Shown piece after piece: positions 29,533 through 39,279 of a stretch of DNA of 64,000 bases. A program made the translations under genes and the position numbers. Position 1 is the first letter of the stretch; each line of letters starts with the position of its first letter. The notes under the pieces are model-generated. The model did no database searches, was not told the origin of the DNA, and saw nothing but the letters and a program-made list of their open reading frames with translations. Origin of the DNA: Candidatus Omnitrophota bacterium (GTDB lineage: Bacteria; Omnitrophota; Omnitrophia; Omnitrophales; Aquincolibacteriaceae); contig JAZDJU010000040.1 in the NCBI GenBank assembly GCA_043803685.1, positions 1 through 64,000 of the forward strand, read 5' to 3'.

Positions 29533-30575
29533 GCGAATGCCCTAAAAAGCAGTTGTCATTTTTAGACCGCTTTTTAACACTTTGGATCTTTCTCGGCATG
29601 GGGGTGGGCGTTCTCGCGGGGTATTTTTATCCGCCGGTCGTAAGCTTTTGGAACAAATTCCAGGTGGGCACGACCAATATCCCGATCGCCATAGGGCTTA
29701 TTCTCATGATGTACCCGCCGCTCGCCAAGGTGAAATACGAAGAGCTCGGCGATGTGTTCAAGAACGTCAGGGTCCTCGGGTTGTCGCTCGTCCAGAACTG
29801 GGTGATCGGTCCCGTGCTCATGTTCGTGCTGGCGATCACTTTTTTGCGCGGTTATCCGGAGTACATGGTCGGGCTCATTATGATCGGCCTTGCCCGTTGC
29901 ATTGCCATGGTCATTGTCTGGAACGACCTCGCGGAAGGGGACGCCGAATATTGCGCGGGACTTGTGGCGTTCAACTCGATCTTTCAGGTCCTGTTTTTTT
30001 CGCTTTACGCGTGGGTCTTCATCACGGTCCTGCCGCAGTGGTTCGGACTTCAGGGCGCGGCGGTGGATATCACGATCACCCAGATCGCCAAGAGCGTATT
30101 TATCTATCTCGGCATTCCTTTTCTTGCGGGGATGCTGACACGGTTCGTCCTGCTTAAGATCAAGAGCAAAGTCTGGTATGAAACTAAATTTATCCCGTCG
30201 ATCAGCCCCGTGACGCTCATCGCGCTTCTCTTCACGATCGTTGTGATGTTCTCGCTGAAAGGGGAGGCGATCGTTAAGATCCCTATGGATGTTGTCCGTA
30301 TCGCGGTCCCGCTGCTTATTTATTTTGTCGTGATGTTCCTCATTTCTTTTTTTATGAGCCGCAAGATTAGGGCGACCTATGCTCAATCCGCGACGCTGTC
30401 CTTTACCGCCGCGAGCAATAATTTCGAGCTTGCTATCGCGGTGTCCGTGGCGGTGTTTGGCATTCATTCCGGAGCCGCTTTCGCGGCGGTGATTGGACCT
30501 TTGGTTGAGGTGCCTGTCCTGATCGGACTTGTGCATGTGGCGCTCTGGCTCAAACGTAAATATTACGCCGAATGA
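29529..30575 (+). CDS. acr3: ACR3 family arsenite efflux transporter
   Basis: [46 protein letters not shown]. Confidence 0.96.
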   Translation: MSECPKKQLSFLDRFLTLWIFLGMGVGVLAGYFYPPVVSFWNKFQVGTTNIPIAIGLILMMYPPLAKVKYEELGDVFKNVRVLGLSLVQNWVIGPVLMFVLAITFLRGYPEYMVGLIMIGLARCIAMVIVWNDLAEGDAEYCAGLVAFNSIFQVLFFSLYAWVFITVLPQWFGLQGAAVDITITQIAKSVFIYLGIPFLAGMLTRFVLLKIKSKVWYETKFIPSISPVTLIALLFTIVVMFSLKGEAIVKIPMDVVRIAVPLLIYFVVMFLISFFMSRKIRATYAQSATLSFTAASNNFELAIAVSVAVFGIHSGAAFAAVIGPLVEVPVLIGLVHVALWLKRKYYAE

Positions 30576-30666
30576 AAAGGAGGGTGTGGCGATTTTTCCA
30601 GGTTGGATAAAGTGTGTGATGGGGATAGAATAACAGCGGTTTTTTCATAACCACAAGGGGGACGCG

Positions 30667-31443
30667 ATGAAAAAAGCACTTTCGATACTCATTATTTTAA
30701 CGCTTGTCTTGGGGGTAGCCCCGAGAGGTTTTGCCGCGGAGGCCGCCGCCACGCACTTGCCTTTGATCGGTGAAGACGCGCCCGCTTTTACGGCGGAGAC
30801 CACTCAGGGGACGATCAATTTTCCGGCGGACTACAAAGGAAAATGGATCATTCTTTTCAGCCACCCGGCGGATTTTACGCCCGTCTGCACCACCGAGTTC
30901 ATGACTTTTGCTTCCATGAAACCCGAGTTCGATCAATTGAACACCCAGCTGGTCGGGCTTTCGATCGATGGTCTTTACAGCCATATCGCGTGGCTCAGGA
31001 CGATCAAGGAAAAGATCGAATTTAAAGGGATGAAGAACGTCGAAGTGATTTTCCCGCTCATCGCGGACATCAAGATGGAAGTGGCCAAGAAATACGGCAT
31101 GCTCCAACCCTCGGCGAGCGACACCAAAGCGGTGCGCGCGGTCTTCATCATTGACCCGGCAGGCAAGATCCGGGCCGTCCTCTATTATCCACTCTCGAAC
31201 GGCCGCAACTTCGAGGAGATCAAGCGCTTGCTGATCGCCATGCAGACCTCCGATGCCTACCAGATCGCCACGCCGGCCAACTGGCAGCCGGGCGATGATG
31301 TGATCGTGCCTCCGGCGGGTTCCTGCGGGACCGCCAAGGAACGCATGGAAAAATCCGGGCAGGGAGAGATCGATTGCAAGGACTGGTTCATGTGCTTCAA
31401 AAAACTCTCCAAAGAAGAGGTCGAGACGGCAACCCGTTCGTAG
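30667..31443 (+). CDS. peroxiredoxin (Prx6 subfamily) with N-terminal signal-like segment
   Basis: FSHPADFTPVCTTEF, GRNFEE, TPANW, DWFMC. Confidence 0.93.
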   Translation: MKKALSILIILTLVLGVAPRGFAAEAAATHLPLIGEDAPAFTAETTQGTINFPADYKGKWIILFSHPADFTPVCTTEFMTFASMKPEFDQLNTQLVGLSIDGLYSHIAWLRTIKEKIEFKGMKNVEVIFPLIADIKMEVAKKYGMLQPSASDTKAVRAVFIIDPAGKIRAVLYYPLSNGRNFEEIKRLLIAMQTSDAYQIATPANWQPGDDVIVPPAGSCGTAKERMEKSGQGEIDCKDWFMCFKKLSKEEVETATRS

Positions 31444-31523
31444 ATCCAAGATCTCCGGGGGCCCGCCACAGACGGGCTCCCGGGAATTGGTCGTGTGTAG
31501 CGGAAAAAATGGGAAATAACTCT

Positions 31524-32918
31524 ATGAAAAAGATGATGGCCCTGCTCCTGAGCGCTTTTTTGATGATGCCTTCGGTCCTTTTTGCCGGAGAGGCCGCGGC
31601 GCCGGTTTCAAACGCCGGAATGCAGACGATGACCTTTCTCGATTGCTACGCGAAGGTGCTCGCCCATTACCCCGCGCTGAAAAAGAAATATGAAGAGCTC
31701 GCGCAGGCGAAGGCCGGGAAGAACCTCGCTTGGGCGGAACTCTTTCCAAAAGTCCAGGGCGTCACCTCCTTGACCACGACGGACGATCCCGTGGGCGTTT
31801 TCGGGGATCTTCTCCGGCAGGAGTCCTTCACCGCGCGGGATTTTGAGCTGAACTCGCTCAATTCACCGCGCCACCGCACGAACTATCATTTCGGCCTGAC
31901 GGGGGAGATGCTTCTCTTCGATTCTTTCAACACGATTTCCAAGATCCGCTCCGCGCGCCGGCTCGTGAAGTCCGCGGACCTCGAGGCGGATTTCACGGAA
32001 ATGGAAGCTTCGCTTGTGACCCTTGAAAGTTATCTGGCGGTCCTGCATGCTCAAGAACTTCTGAATATCACGGCCGCTCTGAAAGAAGTCGTCGACCGGG
32101 ACCTCAAACAAGCTGAGGACCTGAAACAAAAAGGCATGATCCTGGGCGCGGATTTCTACGCGGCCAAGGTCGCCGCGGCGGGGATCGAACGCGCGCTCAA
32201 CCGGGCGCGGGCCAGGGTGAAGACCTCGCGCATGTTCATGAATATTCTCATGGGTGAAGATCCCGTGCTGGAATGGAACGCGACGGGAAAACTTTCCGGG
32301 TCGGCGCAGGACAAAGGCCCGCTTCAGGAGTGGATCGCCCAGGCGTATCAACAGCGCAAGGACCTTGTGGCGATGGATCAGCTGATCGACGCCCAGCGCA
32401 TTGAGTCGCTTCGTCAGAAGACCTCATTCCTTCCCAAGATCTACGGGTTCGGCAGTCTCGACGCCGATAGCCACGACCTGCGCTCGAGCGGCAAGAATTT
32501 TACCGTGGGGATCAAAGGCACGATGGACCTTTTCGATCCGTCATATTTAGGACGCACGCAGCAGGCCAAACACCGTTATGAGGCACTCAAAGCGGATCGC
32601 CAGGCGCTTCGTGACGAGATCGCGAAACAGTTGATCGGGGAACTCGCGAGTTACGAGACTGTGGTTATCGATCAGCCGGTCCTGTCGCAGGCCTTCCAGG
32701 ACGCGAAAGAGGCGAGCGACCAGACCGCGAAGCTTTATCAGGAGGGCCGGAAATCCATCGCCGATCTTCTCACGATCCGCGGCGTGTATCTCGAGACCGC
32801 GTCCGGATTGCAGCAGCTCTTGCTCGCGCTTGAGCTGGAGCACGCGAAACTTCTTTTTCTTTCAGGGCAGTTGACCGAGGATAACCTTCACCTGGTGAAT
32901 GCAAGGTTGCAGGGATAA
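31524..32918 (+). CDS. TolC family outer-membrane efflux protein
   Basis: signal peptide, two OEP repeats (..LFP.. / ..FLP..), YQEG...ADLL. Confidence 0.85.
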   Translation: MKKMMALLLSAFLMMPSVLFAGEAAAPVSNAGMQTMTFLDCYAKVLAHYPALKKKYEELAQAKAGKNLAWAELFPKVQGVTSLTTTDDPVGVFGDLLRQESFTARDFELNSLNSPRHRTNYHFGLTGEMLLFDSFNTISKIRSARRLVKSADLEADFTEMEASLVTLESYLAVLHAQELLNITAALKEVVDRDLKQAEDLKQKGMILGADFYAAKVAAAGIERALNRARARVKTSRMFMNILMGEDPVLEWNATGKLSGSAQDKGPLQEWIAQAYQQRKDLVAMDQLIDAQRIESLRQKTSFLPKIYGFGSLDADSHDLRSSGKNFTVGIKGTMDLFDPSYLGRTQQAKHRYEALKADRQALRDEIAKQLIGELASYETVVIDQPVLSQAFQDAKEASDQTAKLYQEGRKSIADLLTIRGVYLETASGLQQLLLALELEHAKLLFLSGQLTEDNLHLVNARLQG

Positions 32919-32986
32919 GTGAACCAAGACAACACCCGGTGTTGCGGGTATTCCAACACCGGGTGTTGATAAAGCGACAGGTATCT

Positions 32987-35900
32987 ATGACCCAACACCA
33001 CTCGGATATCATCAGCGGTATTGTCAGCTATTTCGCGCGTTCCAAGATCACACCGCTGATCATTCTCACTTCCTTTCTGATCGGGATCTTCGCGGTCGTG
33101 AACCTCCCGCGCGAGGAAGAGCCGCAGATCTCGGTGCCGATGTTCGATGTGTTCGTGTCCTATCCCGGCGCGAATTCCGAAGAGGTGGAACAGCGCATTG
33201 TGAACCTCGGGGAGCGGAAATTCTGGGAGATCCCGGGCGTCGAATACGTTTACACCACCGCCGAGCCGGAAGGCGCGCTTTTCATCATTCGTTTCAAGGT
33301 CGGCGAAAACGTCGAAAAGAGCCTGATCAAACTTTATACCAAGGTCTATTCCAACCTCGATTTCCTGCCGCGGGGCGGGACGCAGCCTCTGATCAAGGTC
33401 CGGTCCATTGATGATGTGCCGATCATGACGCTCACGTTCCACAGCGAGAAACAGGAACCCGTGGAGCTTCGCAAGACCGTGGCGAACCTCCAGAGGATCA
33501 TCAACGCCATTCCGGACGTTTCCGAAACGCATATTACCGGAGGACGCAAGCGCCAGTTCCAGGTTTTTTTTGACGAAGAGAAATTGAAGGCGCGGCTCAT
33601 GAACCCGCTTGAGATCGGTCAGCTCATTCGCGCGGCGAACGTCAAACAAAGCGCCGGGCATCTTGAAGGGGTGTCCGTGCTCACGCAGGTCGAGGCGGAT
33701 TCCTTTTTCCGCACGAAGACCGATCTTGAGAACCTCGTGGTCGGCGCGAGCGGAGGCGGCACCGTGATGCTCAAGGACGTGGCGCAAGTCGTGGACGGCC
33801 CCGACGAGGAAGAGCGTTCGGCGCACATCCTTTTTGGACCCGCGGAAAAGGGTGCGAAGCCGGGCATTTTTGAGGCCGTGACGCTCGCCATTTCCAAACG
33901 CAAGGGCGCGAACGCGGCGCATCTCTCAGAGGTGATCCTCCACACGCTGAAGAAACTTCCTGAGGCGGTCTTTCCGAAGGATGTTGAAATGACCGTGACG
34001 CGCGATTACGGGGAAACGGCCAAGGAAAAATCCGACGAGCTTTTATTCCATATGGCGATCGCGGTGTTCGGTGTAAGCCTTTTGATCGCGTGGTCGCTGG
34101 GCCGCCGCGAGGCCGGGGTGGTGGCGATCGCGATCCCGATGACCCTGGCGCTCACGCTCGCGACGTTCTATTTCCTCGGATTTACGCTGAACCGCATCAC
34201 ACTTTTCGCGCTTATCTTTTCGATCGGGATCCTGGTCGATGACCCGATCGTGGATGTGGAAAATATCGTGCGGCATCTTCGAATGCCTTCTAATAAAGGA
34301 AAGAACCTTCTCGACGTGACGATCGATGCCGTGAACGAAGTCCGGAGCCCGCTCATCCTTGCGACACTTACTGTGATCGCGGCGATCCTTCCCATGGCGT
34401 TCGTGAGCGGTCTTATGGGCCCTTACATGCGGCCTATTCCGATCGGCGCGAGCGCGGCGATGGTGTTCTCCATGTTCGTGGCGTTCGTGGCCACGCCGTG
34501 GGCCGCGTATCAGATCCTGGGACGGGCGTTCACTCAGGGGAAACTCAAGGCGCACGAGGAGGGTGAGAAGGAAGACTTTCTGACTCGCCTTTACCGTTCT
34601 TATATGAATCCGTTGATCCACAATCCCAAAGTGCGCCGGATATTCCTTTGGGCGCTGGGAGGGATGTTGATCGCCGCGGTGATGCTCGTGCCGCTCAAAC
34701 TTGTGCGTATGAAGATGCTGCCATTCGACAACAAGAACGAGTTCCAGGTCGTGCTCAACATGCCGGAAGGGACGCCGGAACCGAAGACGCATCAGGTGAT
34801 CGAAGAGGTCGCGAAATATCTGGCGACGGTGCCGGAAGTGAAGGACATCGAGATGTATGTCGGGACCGCGGCGCCTTATAACTTCAATGGGCTCGTGAGG
34901 CATTATTTCCTGCGCTCCAAACCCTACCAGGCGGACCTTCAGGTGAACCTCGCGGCCAAGCACGACCGCAAGCGGCAGAGCCATGATATCGCGAAGGCCG
35001 TGCGGCCGAAGGTCCATGAGATCGTGAAAAAATACGGCGGACATGTCCAGGTCGCGGAAGTTCCGCCCGGGCCGCCCGTCCTTTCAACGCTCGTGCTGGA
35101 AGTCTACGGGCCAACTCTTGAAGGGCAGAACGAGCTTGCGGCAAGTATCGAAAAACTTCTTTCCGATGCGGGAGACGTGACGGATATCGATACCTATGTG
35201 CAGGCAAAAGAAAAGCTCGCGCGATTCCGCGTAAATACGCAGAAGGCGTCGCTCAATGGTATTCCGGTCACGCAGATCGCGGGGGCGATTACGACCGCGA
35301 TCGGAGGCCAGACCGTTGACCTCGCGCATTTGCCTGAGGAATACGAGCCGGTCGAGATCCTCCTGCGCCTGCCGGAGGCCAAGCGCAAGACGCTCGACGC
35401 GGTGCTCAACACGACGCTTCTGTCGCGCTTCGGCAGTCCCATTCCCATCCGGGATCTCGTGGACGTTGAAGATGCTACGAAGGACCGTGCGATCTATCAT
35501 AAGAATCTCATGCGCGTCTCTTACGTGATCGCGGACGTCGCGGGAAAATTCGAAAGTCCGGCCTACGCGATCCTGAAACTCAAGGATTCAGTGGCCCAGT
35601 TGCCCTTGCCTCCGGGCGCGGGGGGGCAGAAAAAGCTCGAGCAGATCTTCACGGGACAGCCGGCCTCGACCGATCAGTGGACGCTCAAGTGGGACGGGGA
35701 GTGGCAGATCACCTATGAAGTGTTCCGCGACCTCGGGATCGCGTTCGCGTTTGTGATGATCCTCATTTATGTGCTCGTGGTCGGCTGGTTCCAGTCGTTC
35801 AAGACGCCGTGGATCATCATGCTTCCCATTCCGCTCACGCTGATCGGCATTCTGCCCGCGCACTGGCTCGGCGGCGTGTTCTTCACCGCGACCTCGATGA

Positions 35901-36217
35901 TAGGCATGATCGCGGGCGCGGGGATCGTGGTGCGTAATTCCATCATCCTTGTGGATTTTATCGAGCTCCGGCGCTCGGAAGGCATGCCGCTCGAGGAAGC
36001 GGTGATCGATGCCGGCGTGAAACGGTTCAGGCCCATGCTTCTTACCGCCGCTGCCGTGGTGGTCGGGGCTTCCGTGATCCTCTTTGATCCGATCTTTCAG
36101 GGACTCGCCGTGGCATTGATGGCAGGAGAGATCGCCTCCACCATTCTTTCTCGCACCGCCGTGCCGGTTTTTTATTACATGATGGCTAGAAAGAACCCGG
36201 GGAACGTGGAACGCTAA
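32987..36217 (+). CDS. RND efflux transporter permease (AcrB/CzcA superfamily)
   Basis: PREEEPQI, GILVDDPIV.VENI, GIVVRNSIILVDF, RFRPMLLT. Confidence 0.95.
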   Translation: MTQHHSDIISGIVSYFARSKITPLIILTSFLIGIFAVVNLPREEEPQISVPMFDVFVSYPGANSEEVEQRIVNLGERKFWEIPGVEYVYTTAEPEGALFIIRFKVGENVEKSLIKLYTKVYSNLDFLPRGGTQPLIKVRSIDDVPIMTLTFHSEKQEPVELRKTVANLQRIINAIPDVSETHITGGRKRQFQVFFDEEKLKARLMNPLEIGQLIRAANVKQSAGHLEGVSVLTQVEADSFFRTKTDLENLVVGASGGGTVMLKDVAQVVDGPDEEERSAHILFGPAEKGAKPGIFEAVTLAISKRKGANAAHLSEVILHTLKKLPEAVFPKDVEMTVTRDYGETAKEKSDELLFHMAIAVFGVSLLIAWSLGRREAGVVAIAIPMTLALTLATFYFLGFTLNRITLFALIFSIGILVDDPIVDVENIVRHLRMPSNKGKNLLDVTIDAVNEVRSPLILATLTVIAAILPMAFVSGLMGPYMRPIPIGASAAMVFSMFVAFVATPWAAYQILGRAFTQGKLKAHEEGEKEDFLTRLYRSYMNPLIHNPKVRRIFLWALGGMLIAAVMLVPLKLVRMKMLPFDNKNEFQVVLNMPEGTPEPKTHQVIEEVAKYLATVPEVKDIEMYVGTAAPYNFNGLVRHYFLRSKPYQADLQVNLAAKHDRKRQSHDIAKAVRPKVHEIVKKYGGHVQVAEVPPGPPVLSTLVLEVYGPTLEGQNELAASIEKLLSDAGDVTDIDTYVQAKEKLARFRVNTQKASLNGIPVTQIAGAITTAIGGQTVDLAHLPEEYEPVEILLRLPEAKRKTLDAVLNTTLLSRFGSPIPIRDLVDVEDATKDRAIYHKNLMRVSYVIADVAGKFESPAYAILKLKDSVAQLPLPPGAGGQKKLEQIFTGQPASTDQWTLKWDGEWQITYEVFRDLGIAFAFVMILIYVLVVGWFQSFKTPWIIMLPIPLTLIGILPAHWLGGVFFTATSMIGMIAGAGIVVRNSIILVDFIELRRSEGMPLEEAVIDAGVKRFRPMLLTAAAVVVGASVILFDPIFQGLAVALMAGEIASTILSRTAVPVFYYMMARKNPGNVER

Positions 36218-36276
36218 GCGGGGAACGAAAAAGTATTTACATTCCCCGTTCCCCGAAATCTCAATGGAGATTTCAC

Positions 36277-36477
36277 ATGACCATGGAAAAATACATTCGT
36301 ATCATCGCGGGAACTTTTATTCTCGTGAGCGTCGCGCTGGCGGTGTGGGTGAATCCCTGGTGGCTTCTCTGGACCGCGTTTGTCGGTGTGAATCTCATCC
36401 AGTCCGCCTTTACCGGCTGGTGTCCTGCCGAGAAGCTCTTGAAGAAGCTCGGCGTCAAATCTAGCTGCTGCTCCTAG
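36277..36477 (+). CDS. DUF2892 (YgaP-like) membrane protein
   Basis: IRIIAG...FVGVNLIQSAFTGWCP. Confidence 0.9.
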   Translation: MTMEKYIRIIAGTFILVSVALAVWVNPWWLLWTAFVGVNLIQSAFTGWCPAEKLLKKLGVKSSCCS

Positions 36478-36553
36478 CGCCCTTCCAAGACCCGGCTCTA
36501 GAACCCGGTCTTGGAAGGGGGATGTCACTGCAGGCGTTTCAAAGGAGGTGGTT

Positions 36554-37207
36554 ATGAGACTTACACGTTTTGTTTGCTCAGTAGCTTTCATCGCTGTCAT
36601 GGCGGTCGTGGTCAGTTTTTTTGGCGTTCCCGAGGCACGGGCGGCGACGAGTGCGGAAGGAAAGAAAGAACTTCTCAAGCTTGGGAGCGAGGCCCCCGAT
36701 TTCGCGCTTCCCGATGTGGTGACTGGAAAGGTCGTCCGGCGCGACGATCTCAAGGACTCGAAAGCGCTCCTCGTCGTCATTTTGTGCCGGCACTGTCCCT
36801 ACGTGAAGCATATTCGCCAGGACCTTTCGAAACTGGGAAAGGATTATGAGGGCCAAGGGCTCGCGATTGTGGGAATCAGCGCGAATGATCCTGCCGCTTA
36901 TCCGGAGGACGGTCCGGAAAGTCTCAAGGAGATGGCCGTCAGCGAGGGTTTTACGTTCCCGGTCCTCTTCGACGGACCTCAGGAGGTGGCGAAGGCTTAC
37001 ACCGCGGTTGCGACTCCGGATTTCCTTCTTTTTGATAAAGATCGCAAGCTGGTGTACCGGGGCCAGTACGACGACGCACGTCCGGGAAACGCGTCCCCGG
37101 TGACGGGCAAGGATCTCCGTGCCGCCGTGGATGCGGTGCTTGCGGGAAACCCCGTGCCTACGGACCAGAAACACGCGGTCGGTTGTTCGATCAAATGGAA
37201 GAAATAA
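36554..37207 (+). CDS. thioredoxin/peroxiredoxin-like (PRX_like1) protein
   Basis: APDFALPD, CRHCPYV, ISANDP..YPED, TPDF, YRGQYDD.RP, GCSIKW. Confidence 0.9.
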   Translation: MRLTRFVCSVAFIAVMAVVVSFFGVPEARAATSAEGKKELLKLGSEAPDFALPDVVTGKVVRRDDLKDSKALLVVILCRHCPYVKHIRQDLSKLGKDYEGQGLAIVGISANDPAAYPEDGPESLKEMAVSEGFTFPVLFDGPQEVAKAYTAVATPDFLLFDKDRKLVYRGQYDDARPGNASPVTGKDLRAAVDAVLAGNPVPTDQKHAVGCSIKWKK

Positions 37208-37231
37208 GAACGTTCTTCTGAAGGGACGGTC

Positions 37232-38089
37232 ATGATCCTCGCAAAGCTCGGACTGGAGCACCAATCCCTTCTCCAGAACCGTCTGAAAAGCACCGGCTCC
37301 TCTCTTTCCGAATTCAGTTTCGCGAACCTTTATCTTTTCCGCGAAACCCACGACTACCATGTGCTCACGGCTCCGGAAGGGATCTTCGTCCGCGGTAAGG
37401 CCTACGACGGCGGCCGTTTTCTGATGCCGGCTGAAAAGATCGAAACCGAACGGGCGGACGTCCTGCTCGGGCTTTTAAAGGATGGGGAATATCTTTTCCC
37501 GGTTCCTGAAGAATGGCTCCCGGCTTTCGACGGGAAAAAAGTTTCTTTCGAGGCTTCGGAAGACGATTCGGATTATGTTTATACGGTCGAGAAGCTTTCG
37601 GCCTACCGGGGACCGGAACTCCACGGTCAGAAGAATCTTTTGAACCAGTTCCTTGCGCGGTACACGCCCGAAGCCCGGCCCCTGACCCAAGACCGCATGG
37701 ACGACGCGCGGACGGTCCTTGATGCCTGGCAGGAGGATGTGGGCGAGGAAAAGTCCTCGACGGATTTTTTCCCGTGCCGTGAGGCTTTCGAGCGTTACGA
37801 CGAACTCATTCTTTGTGGCGGGATCTATTATGTCGAAGGGGAACCGGCAGGGTTCGTGATCGGCGAGGAGATTCGCCCCGACATGTTCGCCCTTCATTTC
37901 GCGAAAGGCCGGCGCAAGTTCAAAGGGCTCTACCAGTATATGTACAACCACTTCGCGAAGCTCTTGCCGAAGCAGTACGCCTTTCTCAATTTCGAGCAGG
38001 ACCTCGGGAAACTGGCGCTCCGCATTGCGAAATCCTCTTACCACCCCGACAAGGTCCTCAAAAAATTCCGCGTCCGTCCCGTTCTTTAG
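37232..38089 (+). CDS. DUF2156 / phosphatidylglycerol lysyltransferase-like domain protein
   Basis: SEFSFANLYLF, DYVY, KN..N.F, HFAKG, NFEQDLG..LR.AK.SY.P. Confidence 0.85.
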   Translation: MILAKLGLEHQSLLQNRLKSTGSSLSEFSFANLYLFRETHDYHVLTAPEGIFVRGKAYDGGRFLMPAEKIETERADVLLGLLKDGEYLFPVPEEWLPAFDGKKVSFEASEDDSDYVYTVEKLSAYRGPELHGQKNLLNQFLARYTPEARPLTQDRMDDARTVLDAWQEDVGEEKSSTDFFPCREAFERYDELILCGGIYYVEGEPAGFVIGEEIRPDMFALHFAKGRRKFKGLYQYMYNHFAKLLPKQYAFLNFEQDLGKLALRIAKSSYHPDKVLKKFRVRPVL

Positions 38090-38108
38090 CGGCAGAGACT
38101 GTCTTGGA

Positions 38109-38567
38109 TCAACGGTAGGCGCTGCCGCCGTCGAAGACGATGGTGGTTTTGTTCAGACCCGAGAGGTCCGAATAATCCAAAGTGATCTCTTCTCCCTTAT
38201 AGTAACCCTTCCACATGTAATGCTTGGCCCCGGGGCTAACTTCGCTGGGATTCCCGAAATCCCGTAGCAGTCTTTTCCTGATATCGTCACCGACGCGCGT
38301 CGTGTCCCAAGTGACCCGGATCTTGTTGAGTCTCAGGGCGTCGTTGAACATGAATTGCGCGACGCAGGGTTCGCCTCCGAGGAAAACGTCTGCCTCGATC
38401 ATTTGCTTCGTCCGTGTAGAACGGATATCCCAGTCTTTCTTTTCCAGTTTTTCGAGGACGCTTGCCTTGCTGTCGCCCCAGTTATAGCCCTCCAGACGAA
38501 AGGCCAGGGCGGACGGAGCTCCGAGGATGGCGGTCAGTAATACAGTCAGCAAGATCTTCTTAAGCAT
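38109..38567 (-). CDS. hypothetical secreted protein
   Basis: SD AAGGAGG, signal peptide ending ALA, F.G..WG.S motif. Confidence 0.7.
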   Translation of the reverse strand: MLKKILLTVLLTAILGAPSALAFRLEGYNWGDSKASVLEKLEKKDWDIRSTRTKQMIEADVFLGGEPCVAQFMFNDALRLNKIRVTWDTTRVGDDIRKRLLRDFGNPSEVSPGAKHYMWKGYYKGEEITLDYSDLSGLNKTTIVFDGGSAYR

Positions 38568-38734
38568 GGATAACCTCCTTGGAGTCCAATGTTCGATATA
38601 TGCATCGCCCTTTCGGAGTATAAATTGACAGCTGTTTTCACGAAAGTTCTCGGGAACGGCGGGACTCCTTATTTGACACGCTCCACCCATTCGGGCAGAA
38701 TGTGACCGCTTTTAACCCGTTAGTAGAGGACTTG

Positions 38735-38965
38735 CCCCGTTAGAGATTGACGGGGGATATTTAAAGAATGGGTTTGCAGCAGGATGTGAAAATTTTTTTG
38801 ATGGAATTTCTGACATAGACGGAAACGCTCTGGGCGTTTCCTATCTCTAAAAAGGGGTTCACCCCGTTAGAGATTCATTTATGGCTAGGGCGAAATATTT
38901 TAAAAGAGTTCCAGTCTAAACATGAAATACGGAAGAATTCAGAGCGTTTCCTATCTCTAACGGGG
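38735..38965. repeat. two tandem IR-bounded elements (CCCCGTTAGAGAT...ATCTCTAAcGGGG)
   Basis: units 38735-38857 and 38862-38965 share termini and the motif GCGTTTCCTATCTCTAA. Confidence 0.75.
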
Positions 38966-39252
38966 TGAATATGGAATTCAATATTGAACGGGTCGCGGAA
39001 CTCGCGCGGCTCAATCTGAAACCCGAAGAAAAGCAGAAGCTCGCCAAAGACCTTGGCGCCATTCTGACCTATGTTCAGAAGCTGGACGCCCTGGACACGA
39101 AAAATGTCGAGCCCACGAGCCACGTCCTTAATATGGAGAACGTGTTCCGCGCTGACGAGGTGAAACCCTCGGACGCCGCGACGAAGGCTCTGGAGCACGC
39201 TCCGGAGACGGAAGGCCCTTTCTTTAAAGTTCCAAAAATTGTGAACAGATAA
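38965..39252 (+). CDS. gatC: Asp/Glu-tRNA amidotransferase subunit C
   Basis: VAELARL, LDTKNVEPTSH, NVFRAD, FFKVPKI. Confidence 0.95.
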   Translation: MNMEFNIERVAELARLNLKPEEKQKLAKDLGAILTYVQKLDALDTKNVEPTSHVLNMENVFRADEVKPSDAATKALEHAPETEGPFFKVPKIVNR

Positions 39253-39279
39253 GCGTTAAGTGATAAGCGTTAGGCTAAA

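Noticed and set aside
26967..37207. selenocysteine recoding in redox proteins
   Set aside because: Catalytic positions are ordinary Cys codons; no in-frame TGA needed.
38700..38965. T-box or riboswitch in gatC leader
   Set aside because: No T-box consensus; the structure is explained by two IR-bounded repeats.
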